A DNA stretch of 58,451 bases from Candidatus Woesearchaeota archaeon (GTDB lineage Archaea > Nanobdellota > Nanobdellia > Woesearchaeales > WAPJ01): positions 1 to 58,451 of the forward strand of contig JBLKOL010000003.1 of the NCBI GenBank assembly GCA_047602765.1. Direction: 5' to 3'. Both the position numbers and the translations under genes were made by a program. Positions within the stretch are counted from its first letter, which is position 1. Each line of letters starts with the position of its first letter. The notes beneath the pieces are model-generated. The model saw only the letters and a list, made by a program, of their open reading frames with translations, was not told the origin of the DNA and ran no database searches. This document shows, in pieces, positions 19,680 through 28,665 of this stretch.

Positions 19680-20825
19680 CTACCTTCTTCTGATGTTCTC
19701 GTGGTACAGCACGTGATGCAGCAGTTTCTTGAGGTCTTCATCGTCGCGTTTCTTCGCGAGTTTCGTTCTGCTCATGTACGCTTCGAAGCAGCCGTTCTTG
19801 AGCACGAGCAGTGGGAGTTTGTGCTTGAGCAACATCCAGTTGACGATCATACGCGTCGTTCTGCTGTTCCCGTCATTGAATGGATGGATGCTTTGGAGTC
19901 CGTTGTGGATCCGTCCCAGCTCTTGAACGCATCGTTCTTTCGTCATTATCGATGCGAGGAACGCACAGTAATCGCTCATCTTCCTAGGTACGTCTTCGGG
20001 TGGTGCGGTTGTGAAGTGCGGGTTGCCTTGTATCGTGTTCTGTGCTTTCTTGTACTTCCCCGCGCCTCGATGTAGGCTGAAGAGGACCATCTTGTTGAGG
20101 TCTCGAATATGCTCTGGCGTGATCTCTTCTGTGAGGTTCTCTAAGACGTAATGCATCGCTTCGTTGAGGTTCTTCACCATCTGGATATCGTTTTTCGGTT
20201 TGTCAGGGTAGATATCGTTCAAGATGATGTCTTTCGTCTCTCCTGGTGTAACGGTGCTTCCTTCGAGCTGTGCTGATCCTGAGAGGAAATCGAAGACCTT
20301 CTCGTCGAAGGGGTTGATGTGCTCTTCGGGTAGCCGCAGCAATTCACCCTCTAGGGGGATAAACGGTATCTGTTGCAGAGGGGTTTCATCATTGTTGAGC
20401 GCGAGTATCTCGTTGAAGAGCGTGTGCTCAAGGACGACTCCTCGTCGTGGACGAAGCTGTGTCAGGAGGATGAATTGATGCTCTTCGAAGAACGTGAGTT
20501 TCTTGGTCATATCCTGGTTTCCCTGAAGCTTTGCAGGGCGCATATAGGGCGCGTTACGGAAGAGTTCTCTTACGATCGTGCTCGTGTTCTTTGCGAGAAA
20601 GAGATTGTAATCAAGACCGTTCTTCAACGAGTATCTGATGATGGTGAAGATGTGCTCAGATCGCTCAGTCCTTCGTGGGATGAACTGTGTTCCTCTCTTT
20701 TCGAGCAAGCCTTCTTTGACGAGGGAGTCGAGCTGCGCATAGACGCGTCCGGTGAACGGCAGATCTTTAGCGGCGCATGGCGCGTGTTCGATTACCGCTG
20801 CAAAGACATCATACATCGTCGGCAT
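19680..20825 (-). CDS. Class II Fic-domain AMPylase with N-terminal wHTH
   Basis: HPFNDGNSRTTR Fic motif, inhibitory SAQLEG motif; start reassigned to ATG 20825. Confidence 0.9.
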   Translation of the reverse strand: MPTMYDVFAAVIEHAPCAAKDLPFTGRVYAQLDSLVKEGLLEKRGTQFIPRRTERSEHIFTIIRYSLKNGLDYNLFLAKNTSTIVRELFRNAPYMRPAKLQGNQDMTKKLTFFEEHQFILLTQLRPRRGVVLEHTLFNEILALNNDETPLQQIPFIPLEGELLRLPEEHINPFDEKVFDFLSGSAQLEGSTVTPGETKDIILNDIYPDKPKNDIQMVKNLNEAMHYVLENLTEEITPEHIRDLNKMVLFSLHRGAGKYKKAQNTIQGNPHFTTAPPEDVPRKMSDYCAFLASIMTKERCVQELGRIHNGLQSIHPFNDGNSRTTRMIVNWMLLKHKLPLLVLKNGCFEAYMSRTKLAKKRDDEDLKKLLHHVLYHENIRRR

Positions 20826-21475
20826 GGGTCGTCGCACCACACAGCAGTATATAAAATGAACGATTGTTGTAGTATAATTACATTCGCGCTTAATATAAAG
20901 AGGTGGTCGTCTTGTATGATTACGCAATACTGTAACTTGGGTACAAAATAACTTAATTACCATATATGTTGGGTGATGATCACGCGAACGCTACCCAGCA
21001 CGTTTCGCCCTCGTCTTCCGATACATGCCAGCACTCACGCCGACTGGCCCTGCAGCTCGCGCTACACGAACGATCCATCTGTGCCGCGTTCCAACGCGTA
21101 CGTCCCGATGGCACGAGGAAATCCAGCGCACAGACTAACGCAAAAGCCATCCAAAGCGTACGTTGCACCAATGCGGCTGGTACGAACCACCAGAGATCAA
21201 ATCCTCTTTTCGAATCATGAGCGCTTGTTCAGACTGGAACGACACACGACTTCACCGCAAGCATGTGAACGAAGGACTCGTACCAACAGATACGAATATC
21301 GATGAAGTGGATTCTGTGTTGATACTCGGTTGTAGGAGAACCCTTACGATTCGCGACCACGGCTGTAGAACACTGCAGATCTTCGCCGTGAAAGGAGTAT
21401 GCACAACACGAAGATCACTACACCAGCACGCCGTTCATGTTCCACTACACACCACACGCATTCATCTACACCGCA

Positions 21476-22213
21476 TCACACTTCGAAGGCTCTCACATAC
21501 TCCTCGACCCCATCACAGAAGGAGAGGGTCTCTTCATCCGTAGGAGGAGTATCTGCGAATGATCGTCTAAGACGCATGGTATGGTGGATGATGTGCATTT
21601 CTCCGGCAAAGAACGATTCGAGACGGCACCTGCCGGGATGGAACTCGAAGCCGCGCATCTGAGCTTCGACCCGTACGAGCTCTATGATGAGCTTGTAGAA
21701 ATTGTGGATCGACGTCAGATAGGTTCCAGTACGAATACGCTCGATCGAATCACGCACTTGAGAGATCACGAAACGAGCTTCTTGTGCAAGCGACATCGGC
21801 GCTGCGAATCGCGTGTAGTCGAAGCGCTCACCCCACACAACCTCGTAGAACGCAAGCCTCTGAACGAGGCGCGGAGCCGAAATGATGGACTGAACGACAG
21901 TCTTCGACGCTCCTCCTCGCAAGAAGTCGAGATCGAAGCAGCGCAGGCGGGCTTCGAACCCTGCGCAGACACCGTCTCGCTCCTCCTCAAGCCGTTCATT
22001 CACACAGTCTTCAAGAGCATAGTCGAAACTCGACTCGACGATCCCGAAGAAATCGATATCGCTGCAGCGAGTGCGCTCCTCTCGAGATAGTATCGTACCG
22101 ACGAGTATGAGACTGAGCAAGCCCTTATGCTCAAGCACCTCCACGATCATCGACGAGATCGCTCGAACGGCTCGCTCAATAACCGCATCCTCGCCCCCGT
22201 TTTTCGCAGACAT
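21476..22213 (-). CDS. Pol-beta superfamily nucleotidyltransferase with helical C-terminal domain
   Basis: LVGT..(x9)..SDIDF motif; start reassigned to ATG 22213. Confidence 0.75.
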   Translation of the reverse strand: MSAKNGGEDAVIERAVRAISSMIVEVLEHKGLLSLILVGTILSREERTRCSDIDFFGIVESSFDYALEDCVNERLEEERDGVCAGFEARLRCFDLDFLRGGASKTVVQSIISAPRLVQRLAFYEVVWGERFDYTRFAAPMSLAQEARFVISQVRDSIERIRTGTYLTSIHNFYKLIIELVRVEAQMRGFEFHPGRCRLESFFAGEMHIIHHTMRLRRSFADTPPTDEETLSFCDGVEEYVRAFEV

Positions 22214-22332
22214 GAGGCTCCGACCCGCACGCACTTTATAAATGCGCGGAGGTGTCTACATACGTACCGGGACTGTACCGCTCGCCCTTCATCCATAGAA
22301 ACCTCCAAATACCCGTACACGATCGAAGACGT

Positions 22333-22791
22333 ATGACCGAATGCATCTTCTGCAAGATCGTCGAAGGATCAGCACCATGCCATCGTATCTGGGAGGATGA
22401 CGAGCACCTAGCCTTTCTCTCGATCCATCCGAACACACCCGGCTTTTCGGTCGTCATACCCAAACACCACTATCCAAGCTATGCCTTCGCACTCCCTGAT
22501 GACGTGCTCCACGCGCTCATAGCAGCTTCCAAGAAGGTCGCATTGCGCATCGATGCCGCCTTCGAAGACGTAGGACGCACCGGATTGATCCTCGAAGGAT
22601 TCGGCGTCGACCACGTACATGCGAAACTCGTGCCCATGCACGGAACAGCGATCGAGGAGTGGAAGCGATTCGCATCGAACATCGATACGTACTTCGAGCG
22701 CTACGAAGGATACCTCTCTTCACATGACTCGAGAAGGGCTGACGATGCTGAGCTCGAACGCATCGCGCGGCTCATACGGTCCAAGGCGTGA
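22333..22791 (+). CDS. HIT family hydrolase, variant triad
   Basis: CIFCKI, AFLSIHP..PG..VVIPKHH; HIT motif reads HVHAK followed by PMH. Confidence 0.88.
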   Translation: MTECIFCKIVEGSAPCHRIWEDDEHLAFLSIHPNTPGFSVVIPKHHYPSYAFALPDDVLHALIAASKKVALRIDAAFEDVGRTGLILEGFGVDHVHAKLVPMHGTAIEEWKRFASNIDTYFERYEGYLSSHDSRRADDAELERIARLIRSKA

Positions 22792-22910
22792 AAATAGATC
22801 AACATCAGCTCCGTGTAGAGCGTTCATGATACTCAATAGCGCGAACACCGCACGTGCGGGAACGCGTCGCGAGTAACACTTATATATTGGCGCTCATCAA
22901 TCTCAAATCC

Positions 22911-23174
22911 ATGGATGCCCTAGTGCTCTTCAAAGCACTCAGCGACGAGACACGATACAAGATCCTGAGCATCCTCCTCGAAGAGGACCGCTGTGTCTGC
23001 GAGCTCGTGCCGATGGTCAACAAGAGCCAGCCGACCGTATCGATACACCTCAAAGCGCTCGAATCCAAAGGCATCGTGAGCAAACGACGTGAAGGACGCA
23101 AGATCATCTACTCGCTCGCAGAGCCGAAGATCAGAACGCTCATCGAACACGCCATACAACCGGTGATAGCATGA
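22911..23174 (+). CDS. ArsR/SmtB family transcriptional regulator
   Basis: FKALSDETRYKIL, CVCEL, SQPTVSIHLKAL and G.V..RREGR..IYSL motifs; TATATAT ~25 nt upstream. Confidence 0.93.
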   Translation: MDALVLFKALSDETRYKILSILLEEDRCVCELVPMVNKSQPTVSIHLKALESKGIVSKRREGRKIIYSLAEPKIRTLIEHAIQPVIA

Positions 23175-24502
23175 ACAGAACCCTCCTCGTACTCCTCGCA
23201 CTCATACTCATCGCATCGGTTCCGAGCGTCGAAGCAGACGCGCCTGATGAAATCGTCATGCACTACTTCTGGGGTGAAGGATGCCCGTTCTGCGAGATGC
23301 AAAAACCCTACAACCAACGATTGCTCGACGACCACCCCTACCTGACCATCGAATCGTACGAAGTGTACCGGTCAGCAGAGAACCAGCGGATCTTCCAAGA
23401 GATGGCCGCTGAACACGGCGTACAAGCCAGAGGCGTCCCGATGACCTTTATCGAAGGCTACCACTGGTCCGGATTCACCGAACGGCACTACCGTGAGATG
23501 AACGATACAATCACACGGCTCGCACAGAACCTGACCGTTGAACGACCAGACACCGATTCGATTATCACCCTCCCGTTCATCGGAGACGTCGACCTCGCAG
23601 ACTCATCATTGTTCGTCACCACCATTGCCATCGCATTCATAGACGGATTCAACCCGTGCTCGCTCTGGCTCTTGACATTCCTGCTCGGAATCCTGCTCCT
23701 CACCAAGTCACGACGTAAGATGATCATCATCGGAGGAACGTTCCTCTTCGTCACCGCAACCGCCTACGGAGCGTTCATCGCTGGCCTGTTCAGCGTATTC
23801 CAATACACGGCGATGATCGCACCCATACGCTACATCGTCGGAACCATCGCCCTCATATTCGCAGCCGTAAACATCAAAGACTTCTTCTGGTACAAGAAAG
23901 GCATCTCGTTCACGATCAGCGACGAACACAAACCGGGACTGTTCAAGAAGATGCGCGGCATCATGAGACCCGGACAGAGCACCGGGAGCATGATCGCAGC
24001 AACCGCGTTCCTCGCTCTGGGAGTAACCCTCATCGAGCTTCCGTGCACCGCGGGATTCCCCGTCCTCTGGAGCAGCCTCGTAGCGCTCCAAGAACCCGGA
24101 TTCGTAGGATTCCTCTCACTGCTCGCCGTCTACATCCTCATCTACCTCGGCATCGAGATCGTCATACTCGTATCGGCAATCGTAACGCTCAACAAACTCG
24201 TATTCACCGAACACCACGGACGCGTGCTCAAGCTCTTCGGAGGCATGATTATGCTCTTTTTGGCCATCGGATTCGTGTTCGCCTACGAATTCATGAACAC
24301 GATCAACGGAATGCTCACCCTTATGGGAGGAGCCATACTCGCAAGCCTGCTCGTATACATCGCACACAGGAGCCTTGCGAAACCGGTACTCCCACACGAA
24401 GAGCGTAGAGCGTCCGAACCACAGGCCAAAGACGATGCTACCGAAGCGGACTCATCCGAAACAGACGAAATCGAAGAAGATACGAAGCGGAGGGAAAAGT
24501 GA
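23171..24502 (+). CDS. Exported thioredoxin-like (CPFC) domain fused to a CcdA/DsbD-like membrane domain
   Basis: Signal peptide, FWGEGCPFC, then multi-TM domain with DGFNPCS and ELPCTAG Pro-Cys motifs. Confidence 0.85.
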   Translation: MNRTLLVLLALILIASVPSVEADAPDEIVMHYFWGEGCPFCEMQKPYNQRLLDDHPYLTIESYEVYRSAENQRIFQEMAAEHGVQARGVPMTFIEGYHWSGFTERHYREMNDTITRLAQNLTVERPDTDSIITLPFIGDVDLADSSLFVTTIAIAFIDGFNPCSLWLLTFLLGILLLTKSRRKMIIIGGTFLFVTATAYGAFIAGLFSVFQYTAMIAPIRYIVGTIALIFAAVNIKDFFWYKKGISFTISDEHKPGLFKKMRGIMRPGQSTGSMIAATAFLALGVTLIELPCTAGFPVLWSSLVALQEPGFVGFLSLLAVYILIYLGIEIVILVSAIVTLNKLVFTEHHGRVLKLFGGMIMLFLAIGFVFAYEFMNTINGMLTLMGGAILASLLVYIAHRSLAKPVLPHEERRASEPQAKDDATEADSSETDEIEEDTKRREK

Positions 24503-24864
24503 TGGACTACCCAGATGGATTGCGCTACGATGAGAAGTACTCGTGGGTGCGCAAAGAAGGAGACGCATACGAAGTCGGCATCACCAAGGCAAGCGCAGAG
24601 GAAGGAGACGAATTCGTCTTCATACAACTCCCCGAGGTAGGGAAGAAACTCTCCAAAGGAGGCACGTACGTGTCCGTTGAGAGCTCGAAATCGAGCGGAC
24701 ACATACCCTCGCCGCTGAGTGGAACCGTCGTCGAAGTCAACGAAGCCCTCTTCGATGACCCATCACTCATCAACCACGATCCGTACGGATCGTGGATCAT
24801 GCGCATCGAAGCCGAAGCCTCAGACTACGAATCCCTGCTCAGAGCAGACGAACGCCGCGGATGA
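24499..24864 (+). CDS. gcvH: Glycine cleavage H-like lipoyl carrier protein (orphan)
   Basis: YSWVR..VGIT, VESSKSS with the lipoyl-Lys, SPLSGTVVEVNEAL..P.LIN.DPYG.W motifs. Confidence 0.9.
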   Translation: MMDYPDGLRYDEKYSWVRKEGDAYEVGITKASAEEGDEFVFIQLPEVGKKLSKGGTYVSVESSKSSGHIPSPLSGTVVEVNEALFDDPSLINHDPYGSWIMRIEAEASDYESLLRADERRG

Positions 24865-26156
24865 GGGTCGTCATCATCGGAGGAGGAAGCGCAGGAACAA
24901 GCGCAGCGTTCGAATTGCGCAAACGCTCGAAAGATATCGAGATCACCATCCTTGAGAAGAGCCCGTACCCCGAATACTCGCCCTGCGCGCTTCCGTACGT
25001 CCTCTCAGGCGAGATAGGATCGTTCGATGACATCTTCATCTTCTCACCCGAAGACTACGAACGAGAGGGCATCACGCTCGTCAACAAGGCGAACGTCGAA
25101 GGGATCGACAGAGCCGAGAAGCACGTGAACGCCGTAGTCGACGCAGCCGCTGAAGACTACCCGTACGATGCGCTCATCATCGCCACGGGAAGCGAACCAC
25201 ACATCCCCTTCCCCATACGCGGACCGTACCATACACTCAGATCCCTCGATGATGCGAAAACGCTCGACCGCGTACTCGAATCAGGACGACGACTCGCCGT
25301 CGTAGGAGCAGGACTCATCGGACTCGAAGCTGCACACGCCGGAATCGAGAGAGGCATGGACGTATCCGTATACGAAGCGCACGAGCGCATCCTCGCAGGA
25401 CTCTTCGATGCGGATATGGAACGCAGGATCACAAGCGCACTCGGAATCGACATCGCGACCGGTGTGAGAGTCTTAGAGGCAGACGGCCAACTCACGCTCG
25501 AAGATAAGAACGTACCGTACGATGTGCTCCTCATCGCCACAGGACTCACACCCGATACCAGGCTCGCACGAGACGCAGGACTCGACGTGGAACACGGAAT
25601 CATCGTAGACTTAGAGCACCGAACCTCGGATCCTTCGATCTACGCCGTCGGAGACTGCTGCGAGATCGAACACCTCTTCGGAGCGCGCAGAACCGACATG
25701 CTCGGAACCCTCGCCTTCCAAGCAGCACCACTCATCGCAGGCAGCATCCTCAACGAACCCGCAGACGCACGACCCACGCTTGGAGCCGCCATCTCACGGA
25801 TCGGACCACACACGTTCGCATCGAGCGGACTCACGCTCGAAGGCGCACGAGCCCTCGGAATCGAAGCCGTCGGAGCACTCATACGAGGAACCACGCGTTC
25901 AGAGTACTATCCGGGCGAGTACCCGATGAGCGTCAAACTCGTCGCACGAGACGATGGCGTGATCATCGGAGGACAGATCCTCGGACGAGAAGACGTCGCC
26001 GGACGCATCAACCTCATCAGCCTCGCCATCAGCCACGAACACACCGCAGCAGAGCTCGCACGACTCGAAACCGTATACAACCCGGCGAGCGCACCCATCC
26101 ACGAACCGATCAGCATCGCAGCACAGATGCTCACCAAGAAGCTGAAGAAACCATGA
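24861..26156 (+). CDS. CoA-disulfide reductase / NADH oxidase family flavoprotein
   Basis: GGGSAG FAD motif, single redox Cys in YSPCALPY, GAGLIGLE..E NADH site, IYAVGDC and C-terminal YNPASAP dimerisation motif. Confidence 0.88.
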   Translation: MRVVIIGGGSAGTSAAFELRKRSKDIEITILEKSPYPEYSPCALPYVLSGEIGSFDDIFIFSPEDYEREGITLVNKANVEGIDRAEKHVNAVVDAAAEDYPYDALIIATGSEPHIPFPIRGPYHTLRSLDDAKTLDRVLESGRRLAVVGAGLIGLEAAHAGIERGMDVSVYEAHERILAGLFDADMERRITSALGIDIATGVRVLEADGQLTLEDKNVPYDVLLIATGLTPDTRLARDAGLDVEHGIIVDLEHRTSDPSIYAVGDCCEIEHLFGARRTDMLGTLAFQAAPLIAGSILNEPADARPTLGAAISRIGPHTFASSGLTLEGARALGIEAVGALIRGTTRSEYYPGEYPMSVKLVARDDGVIIGGQILGREDVAGRINLISLAISHEHTAAELARLETVYNPASAPIHEPISIAAQMLTKKLKKP

Positions 26157-26911
26157 GAGGACGACTCATACACGGACCCGAAGACCTACGCGGACCCATG
26201 CACATGGCCATCGACGACGTACTCGCACGAAGAGTCGGACGAGGATCAGAACCCGTCCTGAGATGGTATGCGTGGAGCGAGCCAGAGATCGCCATCGGAT
26301 ACTTCCAATCCATACGCGACGAAGTAGACCTCAACGCATGCGAACAAGACGACATACGCGTATTCAGACGCATGAGCGGCGGCGGAGCCGTCTACAAAGA
26401 CCCGCACGGAGAGATCAACTACACGATCCTCATCCCCGAACGAGCAGAACTCGCGAGCATCCTCGAATCATACCAGGTGATCTGCACACCGATCATCACG
26501 GCGCTCAAAAGCCTCGGTATAGATGCCGAATTCGCCGGAATCAACGACATCACCGTCGCAGGCAAGAAGATCTCAGGAAACGCACAGACGCGCATCCACG
26601 GAGCCATACTCCAACACGGAACGATCCTCGTAGACTTCAACCCTCAGCTCATGGCACGCTACCTGCGTTTCTCGAAAGCCAAACTCTCAGACAAACAGGT
26701 CGAAGGAATGGCAGAACGCGTCACCACACTCACAACACTCATACCAGGGATCAGCGCAGAACAGGTCATGGACGAGATCAGCACGTCGTTCTCAGACTAC
26801 CTGGGGATCGCATTCGAAGAGAGCACGATCAGCGAAGAAGAATACGCAGCAGCTGAGACGCTCGCAGCTCAGCAGTACGATACCGAAGCGTGGAACAGGT
26901 GGCGCTCATGA
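26153..26911 (+). CDS. lplA: Lipoate-protein ligase A catalytic subunit
   Basis: MAIDDVL, RRMSGGGAVY, GKKISGNAQ and QHGTIL motifs. Confidence 0.92.
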   Translation: MRGRLIHGPEDLRGPMHMAIDDVLARRVGRGSEPVLRWYAWSEPEIAIGYFQSIRDEVDLNACEQDDIRVFRRMSGGGAVYKDPHGEINYTILIPERAELASILESYQVICTPIITALKSLGIDAEFAGINDITVAGKKISGNAQTRIHGAILQHGTILVDFNPQLMARYLRFSKAKLSDKQVEGMAERVTTLTTLIPGISAEQVMDEISTSFSDYLGIAFEESTISEEEYAAAETLAAQQYDTEAWNRWRS

Positions 26912-27165
26912 TCGAAAAAGAACACAAGGTACCCGGAGGGAAGCTCGTACGGATACGCGCAACGATCGAAGAAGGGACGATCAGTACGATCGAGATCCAC
27001 GGAGACTTCTTCTTACACCCCGAAGCTACGATCGCCGCGATCGAAGAGGCGCTCATCGGAGTTAGGGTTGACGAGGTTGCGGACACCGTCAGAGACACGC
27101 TCGAAACACACAACGCGCAGCTCATCGGATGCAGCCCTCAAGACATCCAAAGAACACTCGAATGA
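26908..27165 (+). CDS. Lipoate-protein ligase C-terminal accessory subunit (LplB-type, split ligase)
   Basis: KVPGGKLVR..I.GDFFLHPE..I..IEEAL.G motif; ATGA overlap with lplA. Confidence 0.88.
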   Translation: MIEKEHKVPGGKLVRIRATIEEGTISTIEIHGDFFLHPEATIAAIEEALIGVRVDEVADTVRDTLETHNAQLIGCSPQDIQRTLE

Positions 27166-27725
27166 AAGCCGCACTCATACTCATAGGACTCCTCGTGCTC
27201 ACAGGATGCTCGAGCGAACCCGAACACTACACGATCGCAGCATGCCGAACGATGGCAGCACTCATCGGACCCGTATCGAGCGATACGATCACGATCGAAA
27301 CTGTGGAATCGAGCGCACACGCCTTCACCGACGTACGCGAAGGACGCGCGCACGCAGCGCTCACCGGCAGACCACCCATAGAAGGAGAATCGTTCGGATA
27401 CCGAACGAGAACCGTACGCAAAGGATCAACCCTCCTCGCTGAGGATTCACGCGTGGAACTTGTAGAAGACCTGAGCGAACTCGACGTAGCCATCTGCATC
27501 GACGACTACCCTGAAGGAGTCATAAGACCCCTCCCCTGCGAGTCATACCCCGACGAGACGACCCATCGGATCGTAGACTGGGAGTCATGGAAGGGAGAGC
27601 CCTTCGTCAGAGTCATCGATGGAGAACACCACAGCCTGCTCTTCAGAGGAGTATACCTCACCGGATTCGAAGGCCTCGACGAACTCGAAGCATTCATCAC
27701 CACACGCTTGGAGGAACACACATGA
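27162..27725 (+). CDS. Lipoprotein with periplasmic-binding-protein-like fold
   Basis: Lipobox LTGC, IAACRT and AF..V.EG.A.AALTGR pattern; ATGA overlap. Confidence 0.65.
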   Translation: MKAALILIGLLVLTGCSSEPEHYTIAACRTMAALIGPVSSDTITIETVESSAHAFTDVREGRAHAALTGRPPIEGESFGYRTRTVRKGSTLLAEDSRVELVEDLSELDVAICIDDYPEGVIRPLPCESYPDETTHRIVDWESWKGEPFVRVIDGEHHSLLFRGVYLTGFEGLDELEAFITTRLEEHT

Positions 27726-27901
27726 AGATCAGAGCCGGTCGAGATACCCTGTACTGGCCTGATGAACGCGCGCGAACCAGGCGTTCATATTGATAAGCGC
27801 GCTATCGTACTCATCTTCTGAAACGAGTCCTCGTAACAGATGTCACCGTGCTCGTCATCCACGATCCGAATACCGTTCGCTCGTCGTGGGTAGCTAGGCC
27901 T

Positions 27902-28471
27902 CTACGGCGTGCTCTGAAAGCTCATCGCCCTCAGAGAATCAGCGAACAGATACACCGCAAAGCCGACGAGAGGCCACGCAAACGCACCGAGCACGAAGAG
28001 AAAGAAGAACGTGAACGGAGCGAAATACCGCGCCTCGAACGCAGCCTGCCGACGAAGCGCTCGGTGATCAGCGAACGAAGCACGCAAGAGCGTCTTTATG
28101 ATCGTGAAGAGGAGCGTCGCACCGAGCAGCGCGAACCCACCACCCTCGGACGCATAGAGAAGGAAGAAGAGAATAGACACGATGAACGGGAGAATAAGGC
28201 TCAAACCGAGCACGAACGCATCGAACACGGGATTCGAACCGTGAGAAGGCTCATCGATCGGAACACTGTACTCAGTGATATCGACGATCGAGAGCATACC
28301 ATCACCCGTCATGAGCCGACGTACAAAGACGCCTACAAGCAGAAGACAGGCAGCGAACAGATCGGCAAGCACGAAGAGGAGAAGCACCACCACAGGCCAG
28401 TCGAACACCACGGCAAGAGAGAACACCGCAAGATTCAGCAGCCACACACCGTAGCGCTTCACCGCATCCAT
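27902..28471 (-). CDS. Hypothetical integral membrane protein
   Basis: 189 aa with several TM segments. Confidence 0.6.
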   Translation of the reverse strand: MDAVKRYGVWLLNLAVFSLAVVFDWPVVVLLLFVLADLFAACLLLVGVFVRRLMTGDGMLSIVDITEYSVPIDEPSHGSNPVFDAFVLGLSLILPFIVSILFFLLYASEGGGFALLGATLLFTIIKTLLRASFADHRALRRQAAFEARYFAPFTFFFLFVLGAFAWPLVGFAVYLFADSLRAMSFQSTP

Positions 28472-28527
28472 ACCTGTTCAAACGTAACCGAAGCGTTCTT
28501 AAGCGCTTTTACAGCATCCGAATCTAC

Positions 28528-28652
28528 GCCGAGGTCGCATAACCTGGTATTGCGGCGGTCTCGAAATCTCAAACTCCGTTTGAGGAGCTCGAACGGAGAG
28601 TTCGAGCAAACCGCTCCCTTTGGGATTGGGGGTTCGAATCCCTCCCTCGGCG
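28528..28652 (+). tRNA. tRNA-Ser(CGA) with a 43-nt intron at 37/38 (28566-28608)
   Basis: GCCGAGG/CCTCGGC acceptor, G73, long variable arm, GCGGT/ACCGC stem restored after splicing, CTCG/CGAG central helix with CA|A bulge. Confidence 0.92.
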
Positions 28653-28665
28653 TGTTTCTCGTACC

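Noticed and set aside
21114-21530. GAGGAAATCC and ACAGAAGG words resembling RNase P RNA P4
   Set aside because: They lack the GAAAGTCC and CTTA consensus, and the 3' word lies inside a CDS
19364-22791. Integrated element at tRNA-Glu
   Set aside because: No integrase or transposase and no exact duplicate of the tRNA 3' end found; kept only as an islet hypothesis
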